Below are positions 21,873-34,679 of a stretch of DNA of 64,000 nucleotides, piece after piece; positions within the stretch are counted from its first letter, which is position 1, and each line of letters begins with the position of its first letter. The stretch lies in the NCBI GenBank assembly GCA_002269645.1, contig NIVC01002157.1:134433-198432 (forward strand), in the 5' to 3' direction. The notes beneath the pieces are model-generated. The model made no database searches, was not told the DNA's origin, and saw nothing but the letters and a program-made list of their open reading frames with translations. Source of the stretch: Macrostomum lignano. Taxonomy: Eukaryota. The translations under genes and the position numbers were made by a program.

Positions 21873-21972
21873 GTGAGAATAACATTTTGTTGCTTGATTT
21901 TTCCTAGTTTGTCAGCTTCTGCAAGACAATGTTTGCATTTTTATAACATACCATTTATTTTCTTACTTTTAG

Positions 21973-22129
21973 GCTTGATTATAGTATGCCTGATTGCTGG
22001 CATTGTCACGCTGCTATATGAACTGTTGATGTCATATCATGAGATTCTAATGACCGCCGCTAACAATTTCAATGCTCGCTACCAGACTAGCGTGTCTACT
22101 AATAGGCACATTGGCGGCCCACGCGTGAA
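21973..22129 (+). CDS. SLC31A: Ctr/SLC31 copper transporter, exon 2 (TM1)
   Basis: tacttttag|GC...AA|gtaagc. GLIIVCLIAGIVTLLYELL has the TM1 LYE motif; phases 1 and 2 are consistent with the neighbouring exons. Confidence 0.82.
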
Positions 22130-22530
22130 GTAAGCTGCTTCACTTGCAACTTGTAATGCCATGTAATATATAGATAACATAAATATAATGATACATTGAT
22201 TGAATTATAGGTACAACAATGCATACAATATTCATAATTGATTAAATTGATTGATTCAAAGAGTAATAGTGCGGTAGATTGTGAAGTTTTTTTATATTCC
22301 TATTTACTACTTAGAATGTCTAGCACTGAAGTACTACTAGCACTGGGGCTAATTATCGTCTCAATGAGTGAGTTCTCCAATAGTCAGTTAAAACAAAATT
22401 ATACAAAATGTGCAAAATATTTAGATGCGCGATTTTCAAAGAAATACACCCTTTCACAATAGCTTACAGGTGACTGCGGACCAGAGGGGAGAGAGAGGAG
22501 GGAAGAGAAAAGAGAGAGTAGAAAGGAGAG

Positions 22531-23733
22531 CAGGGGTGTCGCCACCCGGCGAAGACAGGGGGCATGCCCCCCCAGTGAAAGCTATGGGGTGGACATGCCA
22601 ATGCTTTCCCCCCCCCCTCCCACACACACAACCTTGTGACCCGTTATGAAAATCAATAACTTTGCTTCAGGGTGACAAAATATAGCGCCTGCGGCACCAA
22701 ATTGAGTGCCCGAGGCGCTAAAATGAGTGTCTGCGGCGCTAAAATGAGTGCTTGCGGCGCTAAAATAAGTGCCTGCGGCGCTAAAATGAGTGCCTGCGGC
22801 GCCGAAATGAGTGCCCGAGGCGCTAAAATGAGTGTCTGCGGCGCCGAAATGAGTGCCCGAGGCGCTAAAATGAGTGTCTGCGGCGCTAAAATGAGTGCCC
22901 GAGGCGCTAAAATGAGTGTCTGCGGCGCTAAAATGAGTGCCTGCGGCGCTAAAATGAGTGTCTGCGGCGCTAAAATGAGTGCCTGCGGCGCTAAAATGAG
23001 TGCCTGCGGCGCTAAAATGAGTGCCTGCGGTGCTAAAATGAGTGCCTGCGGTGCTAAAATGAGTGCCTGCGGTGGTAAAATGAGTGCCTGTGGCGCTAAA
23101 ATGAGTGCCTGCGGCGCTAAAATGAGTGCCTGCGGCGCTAAAATGAGTGCCTGCGGCGCTAAAATGAGTGCCTGCGGCACTAAAATGAGTGCCTGCGGCG
23201 CTAGAATGAGTGCCTGCGGCGCTAAAATGAGTGCCTGCGGCGCTAAAATGAGTGCCTGCGGCACTAAAATGAGTGCCTGTGGCGCTAAAATGAGTGCCTG
23301 CGGCGCTAAAATGAGTGCCTGCGGTGCTGAAATGAGTGCCTGCGGAGCTAAAATGAGTGCCTGTGGAGCTAAAATGAGTGCCTGCGGTGCTAAAATGAGT
23401 GTCTGCGGCACTAAAATGAGTCCCGCGGCGCTAAAATGAGTGCCTGCGGTGCTAAAATGAGTGCCTGCGGCGCTAAAATGACTGCCTGTGGCGCTAAAAT
23501 GAGTGCCTGCGGTGCTAAATGAGTGCCTGCGGCGCTAAAATGAGTGCCTGCGGCGCTAAAATGAGTGCCTGCGGCACTAAAATGAGTGCCTGTGGCACCT
23601 AAATGAGTGTCTGCGGCGCTAAAATGAGTACTGATGAATGAATATCAGTATGAATACCGATTCTGAAAATAATGTACATGTACAATTTTTGACTTGGCCC
23701 CCCCCCACCATAAAATCCATGGCGACGCCCCTG
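22531..23733. mobile_element. Non-autonomous hAT element (1203 bp) in Ctr intron 2
   Basis: TIRs CAGGGGTGTCGCCA / TGGCGACGCCCCTG (1 mismatch); perfect 8-bp TSD AAGGAGAG (22523-22530, 23734-23741). Confidence 0.9.
22685..23630. repeat. 21-bp minisatellite (GCGCTAAAATGAGTGCCTGCG, ~45 copies) inside the hAT element
   Basis: Tandem periodicity; explains the 7-aa-repeat ORFs. Confidence 0.95.
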
Positions 23734-23969
23734 AAGGAGAGGGGGGAAGTGAGAACAGACGAAATTGGAGAGGAGAGAAGAGAGGAGACAACAGAGAAGA
23801 GAGCTGAGCAGAGACAAACCTTGAGCGGCCCGGATTGCTATTGTGAAGTTTCAAAGGACCCGAGGGCTGGAACGGATCGAGAGGCTTCGCGGGCTTCTAC
23901 TTATAGTAGCATGCAGCTAATCTATGCAGCACTACAGTGTGCTCTAATCCTACACGATGCACTCCGCAG

Positions 23970-24234
23970 ACTGGCCTACGCGACAATGTCAAGCGCAGTG
24001 TACACAGTCCGGGTACTGATCTCCATGCTGCTAATGTTGGCTGTGATGACCTACAATGCGTGGATTTTCCTGTCAGTCGTGCTTGGCAGCGCTGTCGGCT
24101 ACTTTTTGTCCCCGTTGGCGCGTCGGGCATTTCGCCCCTGCATTGCCGCCACCTTCTCCACTGCCGCTGCGGATGATGCAGCTGTTGACGTATTCACCAC
24201 CTCTGCCAGCTCTGCGCATGAGCTCAATGACTGA
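23970..24234 (+). CDS. SLC31A: Ctr/SLC31 copper transporter, exon 3 (TM2, TM3); total protein ~165 aa
   Basis: Branch point ctaat plus ccgcag| acceptor in phase 2. LLMLAVMTYNAWIFLSVVLGSAVGYFL carries the MxxxM and GxxxG signatures. Alternative in-phase acceptors exist at 23907/23910. Confidence 0.88.
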
Positions 24235-24742
24235 CTAACCGGCTCACTTGCTCACTCACGGACTTACTCACTGACTGACCTAGTGACTGACTGACTGACT
24301 GACTGACTGACCTAGTGACTGACTGACTGACTGACTGACTGACCTAGTGACTGACTGACCTAGTGACTGACTGACTGACCTAGTGACTGACTGACCTAGT
24401 GACTGACTGACCTAGTGACTGACTGACTGACTGACTCACTGACTCACTCACTGACTCACTGACTGACTCACTGGCTCACTCACTCACTCACTCACTGACT
24501 GACTCACTGACTGACTCACTTACTCACTGACTGACTCACTGACTCACTGACTCACTGACTGACTCACTGACTCACTCACTCACTCACTCACTGACTGACT
24601 CACTGACTGACTCACTGACTCACTGACTGACTCACTGACTCACTGACTCACTGACTGACTCACTGACTCACTCACTGACTCACTCACTGACTGACTGACT
24701 AGCTCACTCACTCACTCACTGACTGACTCACTGACTGACTGA
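24231..24742. repeat. (GACT/CACT)n tetranucleotide microsatellite
   Basis: Direct observation. Confidence 0.95.
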
Positions 24743-25299
24743 GAATCTTGCAGTCAATCAGAAGAAATAAGTTTTGATCGATAGAATTTACACTGTTATA
24801 CGAATTCAAATTCTCCACACGAAATGCCGCAAGTGGCTCAGCAATTAAATTGCTTTGCTTGATTGATCGATTGGCAAAAATTCAATGCGATTGTTTTGCA
24901 TATTTGTGATGTTAATTAGCTTGCCCTGCTGAATATTAATTGTCATTCTATTCTGTATGTAAAGACAAAATGCTTCGAGAGAAACAGTCACAATTCTTCC
25001 TTGCCTGATAATTCCAATCGCTTCTCTCTTGATGATGGATGATTTTGTAATACTAGTGCCTAACAAGCATCAAGAATAGTTTTACTGTACTACTCATAAG
25101 TAGCAGCATTATGTGATTTTAACATTTGGATTTTTACACAAAATTCTCACTAGATTGTAAACATACACTGTATTATGTTATTTAGATTAGATTTTTAAAT
25201 ATAATAGTGCGGTTATAATTAAAAATACATTCGCTGGTTCTGCCGGATATTTTTTCTACGCAATATAACTTAAAATCTAAACATGGAATAACTTGTTCC

Positions 25300-25555
25300 C
25301 GACTCCTAATAGCTATTGCGCGGCGCACCTGAAGGCTGCGTACGGCTGTTCAGTCCAAGGACTGGGGGGGGGGGTCGCCACACACAGCCTCAATTACCCC
25401 AGCTAATGCTGGCACCCATTTTACGACTGGGTGAACTGAAGCAATGCAGAGTTAAGTGTCTTGCTCAAGGACACAAATTGTTTCGAGTGGGTTGGGAATC
25501 GAACCCCCGACCTTGAGTCATGAGTCCGACGCTCTAACCACTAGGCTACGACTCC
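25300..25555 (-). mobile_element. tRNA-derived SINE with a conserved central domain (CORE/V/Meta-type)
   Basis: A-box TAGCCTAGTGG and B-box GGTTCGATTCC, then TTGTGTCCTTGAGCAAGACACTTAAC...CACCCAG...AAATGGGTGCC. The anticodon stem does not pair. 3' end approximate. Confidence 0.75.
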
Positions 25556-28500
25556 TGGCTAGAGGGGGAGAGAGATACGCTGCATAGATAGGCGTTGCTC
25601 AATGATCTGCTGTCGGCTGAAATCTAATGGAACCTACCCTTAGCTTGCTAATGTCAAATGAGAAATGGCCGGCGGCCTCTGTCTCATGCACAGCATGCGG
25701 CGGTAATGGTGTTTGACACTTGACAGCAAGTCAAGCGTGCAGGGAGGTAAGCTTAAACAATGTATTAAGCAAGGCAAGCAGTGGCGGTGTGGAGACGCCT
25801 GTGAAATATGATAGATGGAGCTGTTGTCAGGGAAGCTGGACTAGCCCAAGATTCACAGCATGCCTTGTTAAGGGGGGTTTTGAGTTGCTCAAATAAACAC
25901 CGCCGCTCTACAAGCGCTCGTCTCTTTTTTAGGACCGATTTGACAGATCACTTGGGGTGGGGGCAGTCAGTGATCGATCGCCCCGTGCTGGTTGCGCGGG
26001 AAGAGGGGCACCCTCTCAATGATCAAAGCGCATCAGTTCTGCCGCACTGTTATGCAGTATGGCTGATTGCTAATGTATAGTTAAATAGAAGCTTCATTGT
26101 ATATTGGGCCGATGATCAAAGGGGTTGTGCCGCTTCTTACGAGTAGTAGGGTAATTTTGAGCTACTCATATTGAAATTGAAACCGAGCATTGCACTATAC
26201 TCGGTAGCTACAGAGCAAATTCTGTTGACAGCTATCTAATCAATAGAAGGTTAATATGAAGCGATATTTTTAGCTAATGGCCAAGGTCACGACAGCTTCA
26301 TATTAGCTGCATTGATTGAATCTTCTATGGTCCAAGATATAGTGAAGAGCACTGCTGCAACAGTCTTGTATTTGGGGGACTTGGGGAGAGACTTGGATGA
26401 CGCAACCCCGCCAGCTCATTGTTTGGAGAGTGTACGGGCCCGGCTCTATATGAAGGCATAGGTACGAGTATTGTATTGTATAAGTGATTTCGAATAAATG
26501 ATTCATCGCATTCGCAACCTGCACATACCTAATTTTGGGGGTATGTAGCGGATATGAGTAGAGGCTCAGATCAGTATAGGAAATTATTCAAATCCGCCTC
26601 TGAGTGCGCGCGTATCCACCTTTGCATATACTGTATACAACAATGTACATAATGTTAATGTACGTATACAAGTAGACATAGAAGTAGACAATGTACATAT
26701 AGAATTGGGAATTGATAGGGTTTATTGTAGTACATAGCAAGACTATAAACTAGATAAGTCACTCACAGTCGCCGCCGAAGCGCGAGAACCCTGGGGTTAA
26801 GACCATAGACTGTACGAGCTAGCTTCTAAGCTTCTGCTGCTCCCAAGCGTTTTGTTTGCAGCAGCAGCTAGTGCCTGTGGCTTAAACCCCGGGGTTTTCG
26901 AGGCCTTAGAGACGGCCGCTAAATAATATAGAATCTGTGGGTTAAGGCGTCACTTCATGTGACAAATTTTACAAATTTAACTTTTTTTGAGCTTCCGTGA
27001 CACTAAGCTTTTTTGTAGGCAAGCATCGCTAAATACACGTAAAAAGCGAGCCTTCACAGACTCTGTATTATTCTGTGCTCTATATACTCTATAACTCTAT
27101 ATAGTGGCCTTGTACCAGAGCCCAAGGCACTGCAAACCGCAGGAGTCGCTTAAAAACTCGGAGATTTTTTCCAAGAAACTTCAAGCAGGGGCCGCTGCGC
27201 CCCCCTTGACCTTCTCTGGATGAATCTTCTAATTGCTGTTAAGCAATAATCTCGATGTCAGTTGGGGCAGCTGCCTGTTCCGCGTTGGCCTGCATCTCCG
27301 TTGGCCTGACAATAGTCTTGCTGCTTACCATGACAAAACGTCACGTCAATCAGGTGGGGGATCTGCATTCGTGCATTGCACAACAGAAGACTGCAGCTAC
27401 AGCAGAAGCTCTTATGCAAAGACGAGAGGCAGCTCCACCCTAGCAGCTGCGTTCACTCACTCAGCAACTTCTGCTGCCTGTCTTGATGCACCGTCTGTCA
27501 AAGGGCCGATGGCGCTGCCTACAACGCGCCCTCTCATTATTGACACCTCGAGTGCGGCTGGCCCTGACAGGCAGGAGTGGCCTCTCTGTGTCTCCCACTC
27601 CACCTAATCCAGATCCTGTCCTGTCAGGGTATAAGCCACTTTTGAATAGAAGAGCTAGCTAGGACCGGGGCGCGCCTAAAAATGAAGAGGCCCTGTGTGA
27701 CAGCAACCGATTGGGAGGAAACTTAAGGGATTATATCGCTTTTGCAGGTTGTGGCGTGCCGTTACACCGACCAGGCGCTAACTCCTCCCACTTCCCCTCT
27801 CTCATCTTCCTTCCTAGGCTACAGAAGGACTGGCAGATTGCTAGCGGTCCATCAGCCCAGCTGCATCTTCCTTCACAGCGTCTCCTCAACACCTCGACAA
27901 TTCTCGCCGTTGCTTTTGACCACGCAGAGATGGGGGGAGGGTCAGGCTGCCTATTGATAGATTGCAGCGCCGCAACTATTGATGGAAGCACGAATGACGG
28001 CTTGATTGACACCCGGCTTTTGACAACGCTTTTTTATAAGATAGCTTTTTTATATGATGAGACGGCGCAGAGACTGCATGACAGTCAGGATCAGGGACTC
28101 CTCGTCTGCACGCGATGCCATGCGCCGCAAACAAACACCTCAATGAATGAGGGAACCAACAGCTAATTGTTGTTCCCCCCTGGCTTGCTAATGTCGCGGC
28201 AGCTGAGGCGTTTGAAATACGCTGATTTTATAGTTTTGGTTTTGGCGCCTATAGGCAGAGATTTCTTGCTTGTCTGGCAATGAGAGATACGAGTATATTA
28301 GATATATGCCAGTGCAAGCAGCAGTAGTCATTCAAAAAGGAAACCCTTTGATGCGGCACCACTTGTTAGTCAGCCTGCCTCATGAATTCTCATATAGCAA
28401 GCAACCAAATCAACCATGTTGATGCGTGGAGTGCTGAGATTCTATCAGCTAATTTTTTTGGATGAAGTCCTTTTGATGATGAAGCGATGAATTATCCACC

Positions 28501-28699
28501 GCGAGAACCTCGGAGAGGCTTGAGCCAAATTTTTAGTTGCTGAATTTTCTTTTTGCCCGAGCTTATGCAGAAATTTCGATGACGCGGTGACAAATCGATG
28601 CACTCGTGTATTCTGACAGCTCGCAACTCATCAATCAGTCAGTGCTTGTATTCGCGATTTTGGCTGAAAGATTACTCCTACTAATTCCCACGCTATGGA

Positions 28700-29835
28700 A
28701 GGGTGAGATTTCCTCCCCTCAGTCTCATTCAACCCAGGCTGTTTAGGGGTGAGATTTCCGTCTCTTAGGCGTGAGATTTCCGCCTCTCAGTTTCATTCTT
28801 CTCAGGCTATTAAAGGGTGAGATCTCCACTCTTCAGTCTCATTCTTCTCAGGCTGTTTAGGGGTGAGATTTCCGTCTCTTAGGGGTGAGATTTCCGCCTC
28901 TCAGTTTCATTCTTCTCAGGCTGTTTAGGTGTGAGATTTCCGTCTCTCAGTCTCATTCTACCTAATCTGTTTAGGGGTGAGATTTCTGTCTCTCAGTCTC
29001 ATTCTACCTAATCTGTTTAGGGGTGAGATTTCCGTCTCTCAGTCTCATTCTACCTAATCTGTTTAGGGGTGAGATTTCCGTCTCTCAGTCTCATTCTGAA
29101 TAATCTGTTTAGGGTGAGATTTTTGTCTCTCAGTCTCATTCTACCTAAGCTATTCAGAGGTGAGATTTCCGTCTCTCAGTCTCATTCTGAATAATCTGTT
29201 TAGGGGTGAGATTTCCGACTCTCAGTCTCATTCTACCTAATCTGTTTAGGGGTGAGATTTTTGTCTCTCAGTCTCATTCTGAATAATCTGTTTAGGGGTG
29301 AGATTTTTGTCTCTCAGTCTCATTCTGACTAATCTGTTTAGGGGTGAGATTTTTGTCTCTCAGTCTCATTCTACCTAATCTGTTTAGGGTGAGATTTTTG
29401 TCTCTCAGTCTCATTCTACCTAATCTGTTTAGGGTGAGATTTCCGTCTCTCAGTCTCATTCTACCTAATCTGTTTAGGGGTGAGATTTTTGTCTCTCAGT
29501 CTCATTCTACCTAATCTGTTTAGGGTGAGATTTCCGTCTCTCAGTCTCATTCTACCTAATTTGTTTAGAGGTGAGATTTCTGTCTCTCAGTCTCATTCTA
29601 CCTAATTTGTTTAGGGGTGAGATTTCTGTCTCTCAGTCTCATTCTACCTAATTTGTTTAGGGGTGAGATTTCTGTCTCTCAGTCTCATTCTACCTAATTT
29701 GTTTAGGGGTGAGATTTCCGTCTCTCAGTCTCATTCTACCTAATCTGTTTAGGGGTGAGATTTCCGACTCTCAGTCTCATTCTGACTAATCTGTTTAGGG
29801 GTGAGATTTCCGTCTCTCAGTCTCATTCTACCCAA
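28700..29835. repeat. 46-bp minisatellite (~24 copies)
   Basis: Unit GGGGTGAGATTTCCGTCTCTCAGTCTCATTCTACCTAATCTGTTTA. Confidence 0.93.
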
Positions 29836-30394
29836 TGTGTTTTCCAGTTCTGTGATTAAGGCTTGTGCTGGATAGGTTGCAAGGCCCGAAAACCAGTCAG
29901 CTATCATCAGCAGTAAAATTTGGACACCTCGACAGGTCTGTGTAATAAACAAAAATCAATTCTAACACTTGCATGGTGGTCTATTTGCTCCAGGATAAAC
30001 AGACAGCAACAGGTTTTGCTAATCCTAGCTGTTGGCGGCGTTGGTAGAGAGGCTTTGCTTTTTGCTTAATTCTGCCTTATCGCTGACTATAAGATGATAG
30101 AAAAACGCCACAGGGGCCGAGACCGAGATGTCTAAACTCGATTGTCGGACGAATAGCAGTCGGTAACAGAGCGTATCAGGCAGTGTTCAGGTGAGAGGCT
30201 TACAGGATCAAAAACGGACACCGCCAAATCTGCTGGTGTCTGCAGCAGTCGGATCGGCCTGTGGTGATAAAAATTGACTGCAAAATTAAGTGAAAGTCAG
30301 GTTAATGCAGACGTTGCATGGGCCGAGTGTGAATTTCAGGAATGTGTTGCGTTCACTTCACCATCAGGTTTCAAGGTTTCAAGCAAAAATAGTG

Positions 30395-30880
30395 ATCACT
30401 CTGTGAATCGTATCTAGAATCACTCTGTGAATCACACAGAGAATCACTCTGTGAATCACACAGAGAATCACTCTGAATCACACAAAGAATTACTCTGTGA
30501 ATCGTATCGAGAATCACTCTGTGAATCGTATCGAGAATCACTCTGTGAATCGTATCGAGAATCACTCTGTGAATCGTATCGAGAATCACTCTGTGAATCG
30601 TATCGAGAATCACTCTGTGAATCGTATCGAGAATCACTCTGTGAATCGTATCGAGAATCACTCTGTGAATCGTATCGAGAATCACTCTGTGAATCGTATC
30701 GAGAATCACTCTGTGAATCGTATCGAGAATCACTCTGTGAATCATATCGAGAATCACTCTGTGAATCACACAGAGAATCACTCTGTGAATCACACAGAGA
30801 ATCACTCTGTGAATCATATCGAGAATCACTCTGTGAATCACACAGAGAATCACTCTGTGAATCACACAGAGAATCACTCT
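30395..30880. repeat. 24-bp minisatellite (~20 copies)
   Basis: Unit GAATCACTCTGTGAATCGTATCGA. Confidence 0.93.
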
Positions 30881-32389
30881 AGCAGGCAGCTGAGGTGACA
30901 TTTAAATCAACAGAACGGAAGCTCTCATCCTTGTAATAAAACAATCAAAGAGCACCCCCCCTAAGCCACAGCAAAGCAAATCTATGGGAAGTCCTTTCGA
31001 TACTGCAGCGCAGCATGTGGGAAAAATTTCGGATCGCATTCCCCCTAATAAATCAAGTTCTTAAGGGGTGGGGGTTTATGGGGACCATGGCAATGGCAAT
31101 AATAATTTTTCCTAACTGATTTACAATTCATTCAAAGCAATCTATAAATAAAAAGCCTAGTGGCGGTGGTGGGCCCATGAGGGAGGGGGTGCGGCGGTCC
31201 GCGCTTGCGAGTCAAAGCTAACAGTTGTCATACATCATAAACCTCGCGGCTTGGGCATTGAAGCAGAAATTAGCTCTGTTTATTATATACAATAAATATA
31301 CATAGTTCTACAGTTGCGGTTTGTTCAACAGTACTAAGGCCGGGGGCTATTTGTCAAGACTACAGCAATTAGCCACCCCTTCTGTCTGTTTGCTTGCGAA
31401 GGGTGTTCTGTTCAAGACTTGATAGTTGCAACTGTCAACTATTACAGAAATTGGATTAAAATAGATAAACAGAGGCTCGCTTTCGTGGTTGCTGTCCTGT
31501 CTTCTCTTTCCCTCTATCTATTTGCAACTCTGTTTGATCATTGCCGCCGCAGTGTTCGCTGGTCTGTGGGCAAGAGTTGAAATTTAACCAAAAAAATTCT
31601 TCACAATAATAATGCTGCTTCTAATCAGCTTTAACGGTTGGGGCTTCGCGCTGTCTGTCTGTCAAAAATGTGAATATCAATGTGTTTTATCTCCATGTGT
31701 GTTGTCTCTCGGCCTCTGTGAACTTGTGGCGGCTAAACCGCCGCGCCCTGTCACTGTCACCCCCCCCCCTGTGCTGGAGATGACAGGCTGACAGGGCAGA
31801 GATACCGAGAGCCGCTTTCAAAGCAGTTTTGACAGGCGGTTTATCAAAAGCCCGACACACCAAAGCCGCACATCAGCTGGAGGCCGCCTTGAAAACTATA
31901 GTAGTCAACTAAGCAGAATTCTCAGCCGTTCTGTCAGAGAGCTGGCAGATAGGATCAGCCCCCCCCCTAAAGAGATTTCTTCCAGGGTTTGATTTCAGTG
32001 CAACGCGTGACAGTTAGTTTAGCCGCGCATTTTGCATTTTGCTTGTTGTGACAGCCAGCAATATTAGCTACCTCTTATTCTCTTAAAGATACCATGTTTT
32101 TCCTGCTTTTCCTATGCATAAGTCATACTGAATAGCGCAATAAAAACCTACTTACGAGTAGGCAAATAAAAATGATATATGATCCTAATGCTTACTAACA
32201 ACTTGTTTACTAAGAATTGGGGTAAATAAGATTTTTATGCCTCCAAATCTGTGGGTAGGAGAACTTGGGAAGCCGGGTGAGTCACTGAAGATTTTTATAC
32301 AGTTTACACTCGTAAATCCCCTAAACTTGCTTTGAGGCTACCAGGCTCAGTCCCGTCTCTGCAGGTTAACTGCTAAATTCGGTGGGCCT

Positions 32390-32600
32390 GAATTGCCCCC
32401 CCATTCCCCTGAATTGACCCCCATTCCCCTGAATTGACCCCCATTCCCTAAATTGACCCCCATTTCCCTAAATTGACCCCCCATTCCGCTAAATAGGCTC
32501 CCATTCCCCTAAACTGACCCCCATTCCCCTGAACTGACCCCCATTCCACTGAATTGACCCCCATTCCACTGAATTGAGTCCCATTCCCCTGAGTTAACCC
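32390..32600. repeat. 20-21-bp minisatellite
   Basis: Unit GAATTGACCCCCATTCCCCT. Confidence 0.85.
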
Positions 32601-33479
32601 TTCCCCGAATCCCATGAGTTGCCCCCCAGCATGACATGGGCCCGATCCCAGCATCACAACCCCAACCTCATACATATTTTACATCCTGATCCCAACATTT
32701 CTGAACTGCTTCAATCCCGGATGCAAACGAATCGAGCCCCTGTCCGCCTAAGCTTTGTCCTCCCCCCTCCCAGCTCCATCCATTAAATAATCGGACCATC
32801 TTTACAAGGCAGGCCGGATATCCCCCCATCTTGTCTTGTCAAGCGGGAGACAGCACTGGACTCTCCCAATCCTCCGATGCAGTGCGGTCCCCTGAACCGC
32901 CCTGGGCGGGTCATAAGCCGACTTTATAGCCTCAGACTGGCAGAACTAGAATATTATTGCCTCCCCACTAAGCCAAAGCGCCCCCTCCCAGCACCAACAT
33001 AAGTTTGCGGCTCAAAATGTTTATACGATCCCCCGCTGACGGGACCGGCCATCGCGAAAACCCTCGAGTCCGATCGTTCTTCCCCTCCCCCCTCCCCCTT
33101 CCGCCCGTGTATTATTAGCTATGTATACACGTTGCTGTGCGATAATATAACTTGAGTTATATATTATTATTATTGGCATGCAAATGCTCGCTTTGGTGGG
33201 CTCGTGTTTATTGCCCCCCCCTCCCAACCCCCGCGAATGCACCAGCGGGAGTCATAAATTGCATTTATGCTCCAAGCTATAAGCCAGCCAGCAGCGCGGC
33301 TTCTTTGAAGCAGTCAATAATGCATGCGTATGCATACTTGGGAGATGAAGGCTTGCAGTGCAGCTGAATGTAACACTGAGAGATTAGAATGGCAGTCGGT
33401 GATAATGTTGTTCTAAATTGCATGGCTTATTCGAGTGTAAACTTACGAACTAAAAACGAAAGGATCCAGAAGGTAACTA

Positions 33480-33735
33480 TAGAGACTTGTCTATGGTTAT
33501 TTATCTAGAGACTTGTCTATGGGTATTATAGACTTGTCTATGGATATTCTAGAGACTTGTCTCTGGTTATCTAGAGACTTGTCTATGGTTATCTAGAGAC
33601 TTGTCTATGGTTATCTAGAGACTTGTCTATGGGTATTATAGACTTGTCTATGGGTATTATAGACTTGTCTATGGATATTCTAGAGACTTGTCTATGGTTA
33701 TCTAGAGACTTGTCTATGGTTATTTATCTAGAGAA
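33480..33735. repeat. ~22-bp minisatellite
   Basis: Unit CTAGAGACTTGTCTATGGTTAT. Confidence 0.85.
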
Positions 33736-34679
33736 TTACCTAGAATACCTTGAATTCACAGTTTGAATTTACACAATTTGATACACTACAGTATACAAGC
33801 AAGTAAAAGTACAATTCAATAAAATAATTTCAGGAATCGGCGGTGCAGCCCCGTCTCGCGTTCTCGTCGGCTCTTTGAGCCAATAATTCAAAGCGGCCCC
33901 GCCTGATGTGTCCGTCTGTCTGTGTGCGTGCGCGGTCCCAGGGCCCGCCTGTCCGCCTGTCTGTCAGCGGGTCAGCTGTCTGATTGATCGGCGTTGCGTC
34001 CTTCGGAGGCGCGGTGCCCTCGCAGATGCGGAATGATGAATTGAGCGTTACTGACTGGCTATCCCCACCCACAACAACTGCACAGACGGCGCTGCGGCTC
34101 ATCTAATGGTAGCCGCCAGCCCACCCGCCAATCCAGCTTTTCTTTGTATTTCTTGGCAGTTTTGCATTTTGCGGCATTTCAAAAAGCAAGCGAACCGCCA
34201 GCGCGAAGCAACAGTCCACAGTCAGTTCCTGTGTGCACTGCGCCTGTCTGCGTGTGCCGCGGTGCCCAAGCCATCCATCACTCACTTCACCCTCCTCTCT
34301 CTCTCTCTTTCTCTCTGATATGCCTGCCCGCTTCCGCCACCCTGTCTGTCCGTCTGGTGTTTGCAGCGTTGAAGCTCCCCCTTGGCTGCTCCTGCCTCCT
34401 ATCCTATGATGCTATGCTTGGTTGCTGTCGACTCCTGATCACCGGCTTGATTGACCGATCGCTTGTCATCGGTCGTCCTGCCCGGGCCTCTCTCTCTCTC
34501 CCTCTTTTCCCTCCTGCTCATTACATTTTTTGCTGAATAAATGCTTAATTGGAATGGCCTGCTATTGATAGATGGATAGGCAGCTGGATTGGAGGCTGTG
34601 AGACCGTTTCGGAATCAGAATTCTGAGAAGGATCTCACAAAATCCCTGCTCAAAATGGAGTTTCACGAGGGCATTTCTG

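Noticed and set aside
21626-22133. Ionotropic-receptor M3/M4-like fragments
   Set aside because: Better explained as intron sequence plus Ctr exons 1-2 with correct splice phases.
25485-25555. Functional tRNA-Met(CAT)
   Set aside because: Anticodon and acceptor stems do not pair, and the sequence continues into a SINE body.
27255-27443. Short ORF with a hydrophobic anchor (MSVGAAACSALACISVGLTIVLLLTM)
   Set aside because: No family match and no linked exons found; insufficient support.
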